Part shown: piece by piece, positions 17,141 to 25,763 of the stretch
How the letters are laid out: every line of letters starts with the position of its first letter
Numbering within the stretch: position 1 is the stretch's first letter
Origin: Bacillus subtilis subsp. subtilis str. 168
Lineage (GTDB): Bacteria > Bacillota > Bacilli > Bacillales > Bacillaceae
Reading direction: 5' to 3'
NCBI RefSeq assembly: GCF_000009045.1
Contig: NC_000964.3
Span: forward strand, 330,001-362,000
DNA length: 32,000 nt
Translations under genes and position numbers: made by a program
Notes under the pieces: model-generated
What the model was told of the DNA's origin: nothing
The model's input: the letters and a program-made list of their open reading frames with translations, nothing else
Databases searched by the model: none

Positions 17141-18571
17141 ATGGCGGGAATGCTGCTAATCGGCTACTTTGCTTACAAGCGTACGTCGAATCTGACGGAT
17201 TATATGCTGGGAGGACGCTCTTTGGGTCCGGCAGTAACCGCTCTCAGTGCCGGCGCTGCCGATATGAGCGGCTGGCTGCTAATGGGGCTTCCGGGCGCCA
17301 TGTTTTCTACTGGTCTGAGCGGCGCTTGGATCGTCATCGGACTTTGCCTTGGAGCGTGGGCGAACTGGCTTTACGTCGCACCACGGCTGAGAACCTATAC
17401 TGAAAAAGCGGGGAATTCTATTACAATTCCCGGATTCCTGGAAAATCGCTTCGGAGATCAAACAAAGCTTCTCAGACTGTTTTCGGGAATTGTCATTTTA
17501 GTCTTTTTCACGTTTTATGTATCGTCCGGAATGGTGTCCGGCGGCGTCTTATTCAACAGCATCTTGGGGATGGATTATCACACCGGCCTGTGGATTGTGA
17601 CGGGTGTTGTTGTGGCATATACCCTGTTTGGCGGCTTTTTGGCAGTCAGCTGGACAGATTTTGTTCAGGGGATTATTATGTTTGCCGCACTCATTCTTGT
17701 GCCGATCGTTACGTTTTTCCACACGGGAGGAGCAGGTGATACAGTTGCTGAAATCCGCTCTGTAGATCCTGATATGTTTAATATTTTCAAAGGAACGAGC
17801 GTCCTTGGCATTATTTCTTTGTTTGCCTGGGGGCTGGGATACTTTGGCCAGCCGCATATTATTGTGCGTTTTATGGCGATAACGTCTGTCAAAGAGATCA
17901 AAAGAGCGCGCAGAATTGGGATGGGCTGGATGATTTTGTCTGCAGTAGGCGCAGTGCTGACCGGTTTGGGCGGAATCGCTTATTACCATCAGCGCGGCAT
18001 GACACTGAAGGACCCAGAGACGATTTTTATTCAATTAGGGAATATCTTGTTCCATCCGATTATCACGGGTTTTCTGATTTCAGCGATTTTGGCCGCGATT
18101 ATGAGTACAATTTCTTCCCAGCTGCTTGTGACATCAAGCTCTCTGGTAGAAGATTTGTATAAGTCGATGTTCAGACGCTCAGCTTCAGATAAAGAACTGG
18201 TGTTTTTAGGCCGACTGGCTGTTCTGGCTGTTTCAATTGTCGCGTTGGTTCTGGCTTGGGAGAAAAATAACACCATCCTTGGATTGGTCAGCTACGCGTG
18301 GGCGGGCTTCGGTGCATCATTCGGGCCAGTTGTACTGCTCAGTCTGTTTTGGAAACGAATGACCAAATGGGGGGCACTCGCCGGCATGATTGTGGGAGCA
18401 GCGACTGTAATCATTTGGGCGAATGCCGGTCTTTCGGACTTTCTGTATGAAATGATACCTGGTTTTGCTGCGAGTCTATTATCTGTCTTTTTTGTCAGCA
18501 TATTGACGCAGGCTCCGTCACAAGCTGTCACAGACCAGTTCAACGACTACCAAGATACAATGTCGCAATAA
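17141..18571 (+). CDS. putP: High-affinity Na+/proline symporter (SSS family). Coordinates are from the first ATG; the true start may be upstream at ATA 17102
   Basis: SSS-family sequence (DYMLGGRSLGPAVTALSAGAADMSGWLLMGLPG). It is the third gene of putBCP. The frame is open back to 17084, and the only strong SD (17086-17097) serves codon 17102 rather than ATG 17141 (see findings). Confidence 0.85.
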   Translation: MAGMLLIGYFAYKRTSNLTDYMLGGRSLGPAVTALSAGAADMSGWLLMGLPGAMFSTGLSGAWIVIGLCLGAWANWLYVAPRLRTYTEKAGNSITIPGFLENRFGDQTKLLRLFSGIVILVFFTFYVSSGMVSGGVLFNSILGMDYHTGLWIVTGVVVAYTLFGGFLAVSWTDFVQGIIMFAALILVPIVTFFHTGGAGDTVAEIRSVDPDMFNIFKGTSVLGIISLFAWGLGYFGQPHIIVRFMAITSVKEIKRARRIGMGWMILSAVGAVLTGLGGIAYYHQRGMTLKDPETIFIQLGNILFHPIITGFLISAILAAIMSTISSQLLVTSSSLVEDLYKSMFRRSASDKELVFLGRLAVLAVSIVALVLAWEKNNTILGLVSYAWAGFGASFGPVVLLSLFWKRMTKWGALAGMIVGAATVIIWANAGLSDFLYEMIPGFAASLLSVFFVSILTQAPSQAVTDQFNDYQDTMSQ

Positions 18572-18576
18572 AGATC

Positions 18577-18622
18577 GAAAGGAGGAGGAAGGGGCTGTCC
18601 CTTTTTCCTCTTTTCTCCTTTT
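18577..18622 (+). terminator. Candidate terminator after putP
   Basis: The purine-rich arm GAAAGGAGGAGGAAGGG (18577-18593) can pair with CCCTTTTTCCTCTTTTC (18599-18615). That is about 17 bp including 3 G-U pairs, with a 5-nt loop and a T-rich tail. Confidence 0.5.
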
Positions 18623-18641
18623 AAGCGGCCATTTTTTTCTT

Positions 18642-18670
18642 TTGGAAACAAACGTATTTTTTTCTATACA
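18642..18670 (+). promoter_or_regulatory. Candidate SigA promoter for putR (TTGGAA-N17-TATACA)
   Basis: TTGGAA 18642-18647 and TATACA 18665-18670. They lie about 53 nt upstream of the putR ATG. Confidence 0.35.
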
Positions 18671-18723
18671 AAAAGACCCCGTATGGATATGATTAAAGTA
18701 AAAAAAGTATAGGAGAAAAAGGT

Positions 18724-19959
18724 ATGGAAGAGCTTTTAGAGAGAGTTTTTTCATTTTCAGATGTTGATAAGCTAATTGATTTTATTAGCTATGAACTGCA
18801 AAAGCCAGTGATACTGGAAAGCGCGGATTTCTTTTTGTTAGCCTATAATTCTTACTATATTAACCATTTTGATTCTGCCAACCAGCAGACTATTTTTTCG
18901 AAAAAGTGTCCGGTCCAGATTTTTGAGAGGTTTCTGAAGGACGGAATTATTGAAAAATTGAAAACAGAGCCTGAGCCTTTTCGCGTCAATAAAATTGAAA
19001 GCATTGGGTTAAACCAGAGGGTGGTCGTGAGTGCAAAGCACAAAGGGGAAGTCATGGGCTACATCTGGATTCAGGAGCTGGACCAAAATCTGACGGATGA
19101 AGAGCTCGACTTTTTGTACGAGACCTCCTTCCATGTCGGGAAAATCATTTATAAAACGAATAAATTGAAACAGGAAAAGGAAGAAAAAGCAGAGGATCTC
19201 ATCAAACGGGCGATCTATCAGCAATTTACCTCTGAGAAGGAACTCAGACGGGAAGCTGAAAGGATCAACACCGTGCTGCCTTCCATGTTTTCAGTTGTTA
19301 TCCTGCACGCCGCAAATGGGGATGGGGAAGCGGTTGAGGATTTAAAGGAAAATATCAGGTCGTACCTGAATTTACGGGATAAGGTCAGTCATGTCTTAAC
19401 GATCGAATCAAACATTGTCATCGTCGTAGCGAGTTTTTCCCAAAAAAGCTCCGTCTCCTCAGCAGCTTCTGAGTTTATTAACAAGCTGTTAACACATTTT
19501 CACTTTCAAAAAATACCTACCCCTATTTATATCGGTATCGGAAACGAATATAATCACCTATTAAAACTTGGCAAGAGCTACACAGAAGCACTTGAAGTCA
19601 TCAAAGCCGCAGAAATCACCGGCAATCAGGAAAACATTCCATATGAATATGCCAAACTCGGCATTTACCGCTATTTAGAAAGCATCGAACAGAAAAATGA
19701 ATTTTTAGAATACGAGAATAAAGATTTAGCTTTATTAAAAGCAAAAGACGAAGAAAGCAGCACTGAGCTGCTCAAAACCTTGGAAATCTATCTCCTCAAC
19801 AACTGCAAAACAAAACCAGCGGCAGAACAGCTGTTTATTCACCAAAATACATTGAATTACCGCATCAAACAGATTACTGAGATGACGTCGATCGATTTAA
19901 GCGATTTCAGAACGCGGTGCCAGCTCTATCTCGATTTGATGCTGATGAAAAAGAAATAA
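18724..19959 (+). CDS. putR: PucR-family transcriptional activator of proline utilisation
   Basis: 411 aa with a C-terminal PucR-type HTH (AAEQLFIHQNTLNYRIKQITEMT). SD AGGAG lies 8 nt upstream of ATG 18724. It sits next to putBCP. Confidence 0.9.
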   Translation: MEELLERVFSFSDVDKLIDFISYELQKPVILESADFFLLAYNSYYINHFDSANQQTIFSKKCPVQIFERFLKDGIIEKLKTEPEPFRVNKIESIGLNQRVVVSAKHKGEVMGYIWIQELDQNLTDEELDFLYETSFHVGKIIYKTNKLKQEKEEKAEDLIKRAIYQQFTSEKELRREAERINTVLPSMFSVVILHAANGDGEAVEDLKENIRSYLNLRDKVSHVLTIESNIVIVVASFSQKSSVSSAASEFINKLLTHFHFQKIPTPIYIGIGNEYNHLLKLGKSYTEALEVIKAAEITGNQENIPYEYAKLGIYRYLESIEQKNEFLEYENKDLALLKAKDEESSTELLKTLEIYLLNNCKTKPAAEQLFIHQNTLNYRIKQITEMTSIDLSDFRTRCQLYLDLMLMKKK

Positions 19960-19963
19960 AAAA

Positions 19964-19987
19964 GAAACCAGTACTTGTACTGGTTTC
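19964..19987. terminator. Terminator hairpin between convergent putR and ycgQ (better U-tract on the minus strand)
   Basis: Perfect stem GAAACCAGTAC (19964-19974) / GTACTGGTTTC (19977-19987). The minus strand reads hairpin + TTTTTTATTTC. The plus-strand tail GTCTTCAC is weak. Confidence 0.8.
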
Positions 19988-19995
19988 GTCTTCAC

Positions 19996-20853
19996 TTAAA
20001 ATCCTCTGTAAACATACGGATCATCAGGTTTTTTAATGGTATTCCAGTCAGTTACTTTGACGACAGGGAGAGTTGACTTGAATGGCTGGTAATATTCTGA
20101 GGCCAGAGTGCCCTTAATGTGAATCCATTCATCATCCTTGATGTCCATGTCCTTCGGAAATTCCACAAGCATCCCGTACACGCCGGAATCAGCGATACAG
20201 TGAATGATGCCAAACCTTAATACGAACAGCTGATTTTTGTTAATTGCGTTTCCTTTGTAAGCAAATCCATGAAATTCTATCGTCCGTCCGAGAAATTCAC
20301 CCGGATAGTTATAGATGGTTTCCATTCCTTTTAGGAAATCGTCATCGGTCAGAGAAATCTCTTTTTTGCTGGAATACTTATTAAACAGCTGTTTCATTTG
20401 TTTGTCATAGCTGTCTTGCGCGTAATAAAGGCTGGCATCAGGCCGCAAATACTGTGTTTGGGAGTAGTGATCTCCGCTCTCCATCGCCTTAAACGAGAAC
20501 CCTTTTGTTTTGACTATGGATGAGTCAAGCGTTGCAATCGGGAAGAAGATGCCTGACACCAAAGGAAAAAGAAAAACAACATAAATCAAATAACGCTGAT
20601 AAAATGGCTTGTTTTGTTCATGGTCATGCTCGTGATCATGGCCGCACCCGCAATCATGGTCATGGTGATGTCCGCTTTTTTCAGGCGACTTGATAAATAG
20701 ATATGCTTGGACGGCGGTCAGAATGGCCAGCAGGAAGATCGCAATAAAGGAAAGATAGGCATATTTCATATTGATATATTTTGTTAGATTTCCTGAGGCA
20801 TGCAGATGATAAAAGAAAAACGTAAATCCCATCAGCACCAATAAACGAAACAT
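19996..20853 (-). CDS. ycgQ: Membrane protein, TIGR03943/DUF1980-type partner subunit of a two-component permease; carries a His/Asp/Cys-rich loop
   Basis: 285 aa. Two N-terminal TMS flank SGHHHDHDCGCGHDHEHDHEQ (nt 20614-20673), followed by a soluble C-terminal domain. The ATG lies 4 nt after the ycgR stop with SD AAAGGGGTGA, which suggests translational coupling. Confidence 0.85.
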   Translation of the reverse strand: MFRLLVLMGFTFFFYHLHASGNLTKYINMKYAYLSFIAIFLLAILTAVQAYLFIKSPEKSGHHHDHDCGCGHDHEHDHEQNKPFYQRYLIYVVFLFPLVSGIFFPIATLDSSIVKTKGFSFKAMESGDHYSQTQYLRPDASLYYAQDSYDKQMKQLFNKYSSKKEISLTDDDFLKGMETIYNYPGEFLGRTIEFHGFAYKGNAINKNQLFVLRFGIIHCIADSGVYGMLVEFPKDMDIKDDEWIHIKGTLASEYYQPFKSTLPVVKVTDWNTIKKPDDPYVYRGF

Positions 20854-20857
20854 CCAA

Positions 20858-21742
20858 TCACCCCTTTACCAGTAGTGATCCCGCTAAAACAATCACGACA
20901 ATGTATGTAATCAGCAGGAAAACAAATCGTTTTTTGAAGGCCGCAAGCATCATCAATAGATTCTTAATATCCACCATTGCACCAAAGACGAGAAAGGCGA
21001 TTAACGATCCTAATGAAAACGTGCTGCTGAAGGAAGACGCGATGAACGCATCAACTTCTGAACAAAGCGACAGGACAAACGCCAGACCCATCATCACGAG
21101 GGAAGAGGATACATCATTCTGCCCGATCGCAAGCAGAGTGGATGTTTTGACATACGTCTGCATAGCGGCTGCGATAAAGGCGCCGATGATTAAATATTTC
21201 CCCACGGAGAAAAATTCATCAATGGCATGCCGCAAGGTCCCGCCCAGTTTTTGGAGCAAGGTGCCGTGATGATGATGGTGGTGCCCGGGTTCATCAGGCT
21301 TTAAAAGCTGGTTATCCTTAAATTGATAGGATAAGATGACCCCGATGATCAGCGAAACGGCGAGAGCCAGTCCGCCTCTGTAAAAGACCACGCTCCATCT
21401 ATTCCCGAACGCAATATAAGTAGAAAATAAAACGATAGGATTAATGATAGGCGCGGTCAGCATGAAAGCAACGCCCGCATGCAGAGGAACTCCCTTTAAC
21501 AGAAGCCGCCTCGTAATCGGGATGATGCCGCATTCGCAGGCGGGAAATAAAACGCCGGCCAGCGCACCGAATAAAACGGCGAGAAAACGGTTTTTCGGCA
21601 TGATTCTTGCAATCATTTCTTCAGAAACAAACATTTGAATGATTCCGGAAAGTATGACGCCAATCAGAATAAACGGAATGGCTTCTATTAAAATGCTGAT
21701 AAAAATAGAATTCAGCTGAAGAAAAGATGATTGTGCTGTCAC
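20858..21742 (-). CDS. ycgR: Permease (UPF0718 / ArsP_1-like family) with an internal His6 loop
   Basis: Polytopic membrane ORF with the family-typical PACECG motif and PGHHHHHHG (nt 21266-21283) in a central loop. GTG 21742 lies 7 nt after GGAGG and gives 294 aa. The alternative ATG at 21760 gives 300 aa with a weaker SD. Confidence 0.82.
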   Translation of the reverse strand: MTAQSSFLQLNSIFISILIEAIPFILIGVILSGIIQMFVSEEMIARIMPKNRFLAVLFGALAGVLFPACECGIIPITRRLLLKGVPLHAGVAFMLTAPIINPIVLFSTYIAFGNRWSVVFYRGGLALAVSLIIGVILSYQFKDNQLLKPDEPGHHHHHHGTLLQKLGGTLRHAIDEFFSVGKYLIIGAFIAAAMQTYVKTSTLLAIGQNDVSSSLVMMGLAFVLSLCSEVDAFIASSFSSTFSLGSLIAFLVFGAMVDIKNLLMMLAAFKKRFVFLLITYIVVIVLAGSLLVKG

Positions 21743-21841
21743 AATAAAACCTCCGCTCATGTTAAGCTGCCTTTCTTATGATACCAGAAAAAAAGGCACT
21801 GCTTGTTTGACGGAGGAGGGGAAAGGATCGTTTCACTTTGG

Positions 21842-22696
21842 TTAGGATTCCAAAAAGCCGAGTAGGATACTGCCTGTTTCTGCAGCTTCTTTTCCGAGCC
21901 AAATCAGGTGTCCCCATGAGTGAAGCAAACAGAGAACAGCGCCACGAATGTGCTCTTTTGCATGATGTGCATGTGACAAGTCAACCAATCCGTCATAAAC
22001 ACTTTGCATAATCAGCACGGGACATATGATGGCTTGCAGGTCTTTTAAAGAGACAGCGGCGGTTTGTGACAAGTCAATCAGAAATCCTTCACCCGAGCGC
22101 TGCCGGCTGTTCATTTTCCGAAATGCTTCTATGTCTTTTTCATTCATCAAGGACTTGATTCGCTGAAACGGAAGCGTGCTGAATTGGGGGCTCATAGCTC
22201 GAAACATCAAACGCGGGAAAGCGTTATTCAAGGAAGAAATCAGCTTCCATATCCACTTTTCCACCGGCGGGCGGAAGAGAATTTCCCCCAATTTATATTC
22301 AGTGTCTTTTGGGGTGAGCCACTCTTTGGTGACTGCGGATTGCAGGGTCAATGTATTTACTCTTTCCGGATAATGTGAGGCAAAGCATATGCCGCTCGGC
22401 CCTCCTGCTGAGATGGCGATCACATGGACACTCTCGATTTGTAGATGATCTAATAATTTCACATAGAAACGGCAGGCATTGGCAAGACTTTTTCCAATTT
22501 CTTTTGACGTCCGTCCATAGCCAGGCCTTGAAGGCGTAATGATGGAATACCCTTGTTCAATCAACGCTGTGTATCCGAATTCCTCGTAACAATTTGAATG
22601 CCCGCCATGCATGACAAGGATCGGAGTTCCCTTGCCTGTCACAGAATATTCTAGTGTACCGCCATCGAAGGTGATCGTTTCAACTCGTCTTTTCAT
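21842..22696 (-). CDS. ycgS: Alpha/beta-fold hydrolase
   Basis: Oxyanion-region HGGH, a nucleophile elbow-like AISAGGP, and the C-terminal His region HSWGH. ATG 22696 is preferred (284 aa) over the ORF-track GTG at 22705, which has no SD. Confidence 0.8.
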   Translation of the reverse strand: MKRRVETITFDGGTLEYSVTGKGTPILVMHGGHSNCYEEFGYTALIEQGYSIITPSRPGYGRTSKEIGKSLANACRFYVKLLDHLQIESVHVIAISAGGPSGICFASHYPERVNTLTLQSAVTKEWLTPKDTEYKLGEILFRPPVEKWIWKLISSLNNAFPRLMFRAMSPQFSTLPFQRIKSLMNEKDIEAFRKMNSRQRSGEGFLIDLSQTAAVSLKDLQAIICPVLIMQSVYDGLVDLSHAHHAKEHIRGAVLCLLHSWGHLIWLGKEAAETGSILLGFLES

Positions 22697-22802
22697 CTGT
22701 TTCACCCAATTGGTTTTTGCCTATTATAGAGTTTTCAGCAATTGACCACAAGGTAGAAGAAATGAATAAACAAAGGCCCTTGAAATATGATATACTTTGT
22801 AT

Positions 22803-22817
22803 TGATATTCATTCTCA
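22803..22817. promoter_or_regulatory. Fur box (TGATATTCATTCTCA) upstream of ycgT
   Basis: 13 of 15 matches to the 7-1-7 Fur consensus TGATAATNATTATCA, and the two mismatches are symmetric. It lies 41-55 nt upstream of the ycgT ATG. ycgT is, as I recall, a member of the B. subtilis Fur regulon. Confidence 0.5.
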
Positions 22818-22830
22818 ATTAAAACTTTGA

Positions 22831-23868
<1,038 letters not shown>

Positions 23869-23870
23869 AA

Positions 23871-23892
23871 CAGCCCTTGAGGAAAAGGGCTG
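23871..23892. terminator. Terminator hairpin between convergent ycgT and nasF (better U-tract on the minus strand)
   Basis: CAGCCCTT (23871-23878) / AAGGGCTG (23885-23892), 6-nt loop. The minus strand reads hairpin + TTTTATTTAT. The plus-strand tail is CTTGCC. Confidence 0.75.
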
Positions 23893-23899
23893 CTTGCCA

Positions 23900-25351
23900 T
23901 CAGGTGTGAAGGAGTTTTTTCTCTGCATGTTGATTGTGGATGAAAGCTAGCAATTCATCCTGTTCTTGTACGGCTGTGAATCCATAAATGCCGGCAGCTG
24001 AGTCATCGCCTATGCAGACGATAGGAGGGCGGCTTGCTGACGGTTCCGGCAAAATGCCAATTTGTTCGCCACCATTGATCAATTGCTGAACGGACAGCTT
24101 GTTTGGGCAAATGACCATGTGCAGCGGGGATTCACTGATGGTACGCTGAATCATGTGGGTGAACCGGTCATCTATGACGTTTTCATGAGTGATATAAAAC
24201 GAACAGGATTCATGCTTTTGCATGTTTTCCACTGCATGGCGGCTCCCGACAACAAGACGTTTCTCTGAATCAGGCTGAATGGCGGTGACAAGAAAGCCCC
24301 GTTTCTCAAGCTCTGTCTTTGCTTGCTCAGATGCTGCACTCAGTTTGGCTGTCAGCTGGCGGATGTCGATTTTCTGAGAAGCCAGTGCTCTGAAAAATTC
24401 ACAAACCGCCCGGCGCGATGTGAAAAAAACGTCTTCAAAGGTGCCAATCTTTCGAAGAATTTCTTCATTGACAGGCATGTTTTCGGTCCGCCATTTCGGC
24501 CACTCGATGAGATCGGCGCCGGAATCGCGCAGCTTGTCTGCAAGCGGGTCTTCATCTTCGCCATGAGTCACAACCATCAAATGCCGTCCGATGAGCGGTT
24601 TGCTTTCAAACCAGCTGTGTGTTTGAAAGTTGACGATGTCTCCGATGACGATAATCGCAGGGTTTGTAATCTGGTGTTCCTGCACTTTTTGCTGAATGTT
24701 CTCAAGTGTTCCTTTCACACTCCGCTGGCGGCCCCACGTTCCCCATTGGATGACAATGACAGGGACAGAAGGCGATTTCCCGTATGAAATAAGCTGCTGG
24801 CAAATATAAGACAAGTTCTTGACACCCATGTAAAAAACAAGGGTTTGAACGCTTCGGGCCAGCCCTTCCCAGTCAAGGTTCGGCGTGCCTTTTAATGATT
24901 TATCATGCGCTGTAATCATGGCAAAAGACGATGCAAAATCCCGATGCGTGACGGGGATGCCCGCATATAGCGGCGCTGCAATTCCAGAGGTGATTCCCGG
25001 CACCATTTCATAGCGAATGCCGTGCTCATGAAGAGCATCTGCTTCCTCGCCGACTCTGCCGAATACGCTCGGATCTCCGCCCTTCAAGCGAACGACGGTT
25101 AACCCATTTAATGCTTTTTCAACCAGCAGGGCGTTAATTTCTTTTTGTTTCATAAAATGGCGGTTTGGCAGTTTTCCGCAATAAATAAACTGGCAGTCCG
25201 GTGATGCAAATTCGAGCAGCTTCGGGTTGGCGAGCCGGTCATATAAAATCACATCTGCTTCCTTGAGCGCCTGTTTTCCTTTGATGGTGAGCAGGCCTGG
25301 GTCGCCGGGTCCGGCTCCCACGAAATATACGATTCCGTTCTTCATGATCAT
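23900..25351 (-). CDS. nasF: Uroporphyrinogen-III C-methyltransferase (sirohaem branch) with a C-terminal HemD-like extension
   Basis: N-terminal SUMT signature VYFVGAGPGDPGLLTIKG and VRLKGGDPSVFGR. 483 aa compared with about 257 aa for a stand-alone SUMT. It is the last gene of nasBCDEF. Confidence 0.92.
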   Translation of the reverse strand: MIMKNGIVYFVGAGPGDPGLLTIKGKQALKEADVILYDRLANPKLLEFASPDCQFIYCGKLPNRHFMKQKEINALLVEKALNGLTVVRLKGGDPSVFGRVGEEADALHEHGIRYEMVPGITSGIAAPLYAGIPVTHRDFASSFAMITAHDKSLKGTPNLDWEGLARSVQTLVFYMGVKNLSYICQQLISYGKSPSVPVIVIQWGTWGRQRSVKGTLENIQQKVQEHQITNPAIIVIGDIVNFQTHSWFESKPLIGRHLMVVTHGEDEDPLADKLRDSGADLIEWPKWRTENMPVNEEILRKIGTFEDVFFTSRRAVCEFFRALASQKIDIRQLTAKLSAASEQAKTELEKRGFLVTAIQPDSEKRLVVGSRHAVENMQKHESCSFYITHENVIDDRFTHMIQRTISESPLHMVICPNKLSVQQLINGGEQIGILPEPSASRPPIVCIGDDSAAGIYGFTAVQEQDELLAFIHNQHAEKKLLHT

Positions 25352-25411
25352 GTCATCCTTCCGTCACTGTAAAAAATGAAGGACCACTAGAAAAGTGATC
25401 CGGTCTTTTGA

Positions 25412-25732
25412 TCAATATACGAGATAAACATGTTCTCCTTCGATCAGCGTTTCATATGTTTTGACGCATCCGTGGTCAGGTTCTTGGACGATTCCGTCTT
25501 CTAAGGAAATTTTCCAGTCGTGCATCGGGCAGAAAACATATTGACCGCTGACGATGCCTTCTGCCAGGACGCCGCCCTTATGCGGACAGCGGTTTTCAAT
25601 GGCGCGGATGCTTCCGTCTGAAAGCTTGAAAACCGCGAGCTCCTTATCTTCAATATACACTGTTTTGCCTAATTGTTCAGGCAATTCTTCAATTTTTCCG
25701 ATACATACTTTTGTTACGTCTTTGTTTACCAT
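25412..25732 (-). CDS. nasE: Assimilatory nitrite reductase small subunit (Rieske-type NirD)
   Basis: Rieske-like CPHKGG...CPMHDW motif. The ATG at 25732 lies 7 nt after GAGGAGG and gives 106 aa. The first ATG at 25738 is only 1 nt from the SD. Confidence 0.92.
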
Positions 25733-25763
25733 GTCCATTCCTCCTCAATGATAGTTTTTGTCA

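Noticed and set aside
21266-21283. The His6 run in YcgR as an engineered affinity tag.
   Set aside because: It is internal, about residue 160 of about 294, in a predicted loop. It uses mixed CAC/CAT codons, has native flanks (PDEPG...GTLLQK), and is mirrored by a natural His-rich loop in the partner YcgQ. It looks native.
21761-21841. Zur, Fur, CsoR or CzrA-type operator upstream of ycgR that would tie ycgRQ to a metal regulon.
   Set aside because: I found no convincing palindrome resembling those operators by eye in this 81-bp spacer. A proper matrix scan is needed, so I make no claim.
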